Positions 60,859 to 64,000 of a stretch of DNA of 64,000 nt are shown one piece after another. The DNA lies in the NCBI GenBank assembly GCA_965223705.1, contig OZ245015.1, positions 448,001-512,000 on the forward strand, in the 5' to 3' direction. Within the stretch, counting starts at the first letter, position 1. Every line of letters begins with the position of its first letter. This stretch comes from Myxococcota bacterium (GTDB lineage: Bacteria > Myxococcota_A > UBA9160 > UBA6930). The notes beneath the pieces were generated by a model. That model was given only the letters and a program-made list of their open reading frames with translations. It did no database searches and had not been told where the DNA came from. The position numbers were made by a program, and so were the translations under genes.

Positions 60859-61733
60859 TCGTCTCCGAGGGCGAAGCGCTTCACCGCTTCGGCGAACCCC
60901 TCGGGGTTGTCGGTCATGACGGAATGACTGGCGCGCCCGACGATCTCGAGCGTCCCGTTCGGCAACACCTCGACCATGCGATCCACCGTCTCGGCGGCGA
61001 GTACGTCTGAAGCGGCGCCCCGAATCACCAGGGTCGGGCAGGGAATCTTCTCGAGAGCCGCCCACAGCGTCGCCGTCATTTCCGCGGACCTCGCACGCTG
61101 CTCGTCTTCACTGAGCTCCGAGCGTCGGACATGAAATTTTCGATCGGTTTTGCGCTCGTAGCGCCCGTCGTCGCGCTTGCGCACACCGTGTTTCGCGAGA
61201 CGGCGAATGGTCTTTCGGCTCGAAGCGGGATAGGCCCGCGCCATGACATCCTCGAACTCCGCGACGGACGCGAAGCTTTCCTCTCGCTTTTGGTGGCGCT
61301 CGGTGTCGGTGCGAATCCGCGACGTTCCCCGCTCATCGAACTCCGGACCGGAATCGACGATCACGAGCCCGGCCATGCGGTCAGGGTGCTTCGCGGCAAA
61401 CAAGGTCGCGACGCGGCCGCCGAAGGAGTGGCCCACGAGAACGAAGCGGTCGATTCCCAGAGCAGCGGTGGCGCTTTCCAGATCCGCGACGTGATAGGGG
61501 TAGTCGTAACGGCCCTCGGCGTCGTGGGGCGAATCGCCGTGGCCTCGAAGGTCCAGGGCGAGCGTGCGGTAGTAGGGTGCGACTTCGGGAGCGAACTCCT
61601 CCCAGATGTGCGCGTCATTGCCGAAACCGTGGAGCATCAAGAAGGGAACCCCCTCCGCGCTCCAGACCAATCCATGCAGGATCAGGCCATCGGCTCCCGC
61701 GACTTGAATCGAAGTGGGTTCCGCGTTCATCAC
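60855..61733 (-). CDS. Alpha/beta hydrolase
   Basis: [18 protein letters not shown]-terminal His. Confidence 0.88.
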   Translation of the reverse strand: MMNAEPTSIQVAGADGLILHGLVWSAEGVPFLMLHGFGNDAHIWEEFAPEVAPYYRTLALDLRGHGDSPHDAEGRYDYPYHVADLESATAALGIDRFVLVGHSFGGRVATLFAAKHPDRMAGLVIVDSGPEFDERGTSRIRTDTERHQKREESFASVAEFEDVMARAYPASSRKTIRRLAKHGVRKRDDGRYERKTDRKFHVRRSELSEDEQRARSAEMTATLWAALEKIPCPTLVIRGAASDVLAAETVDRMVEVLPNGTLEIVGRASHSVMTDNPEGFAEAVKRFALGDD

Positions 61734-61801
61734 CCCATCCTATACCGTCACCTTCCGGAAAACCGCTACGATCGCCGACCCTACGGAGGTCCCACGGAGA
61801 G

Positions 61802-64000
<2,199 letters not shown>

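Overview
High-GC bacterial chromosomal segment that is almost entirely coding. A Myxococcota/deltaproteobacterial-type diderm is inferred from LpxL, Tad secretin, DUF6178 and CofGH. No rRNA, tRNA, CRISPR array or mobile element was seen. Gene order: partial MMPL/RND transporter; an orphan DnaA paralogue; cofG/cofH-lpxL-acs-pepP; rnd/proS followed by a 35-bp tandem repeat and an LLM oxidoreductase; a complete Tad/Flp pilus locus with two sigma54-type promoters; a PuuD-like protein and cytochrome c; a nuoEF-mobA/moaD-aor-fdhA-MFS operon; the SUF operon; an aminotransferase-LuxE-LuxC operon; folK and F420-type oxidoreductases; a sirtuin directly followed by a bacterial histone-fold protein with a basic N-terminal tail; and a partial aconitase. 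The sirtuin plus tailed histone pair is the most striking candidate for an undescribed system. Next come the LuxCE-transaminase (acid to amine) operon, the AOR-in-FDH operon, the stop/start mini-ORF relay after proS, and pervasive leaderless-type starts. All calls come from reading the sequence and recalled family motifs; no searches were run.
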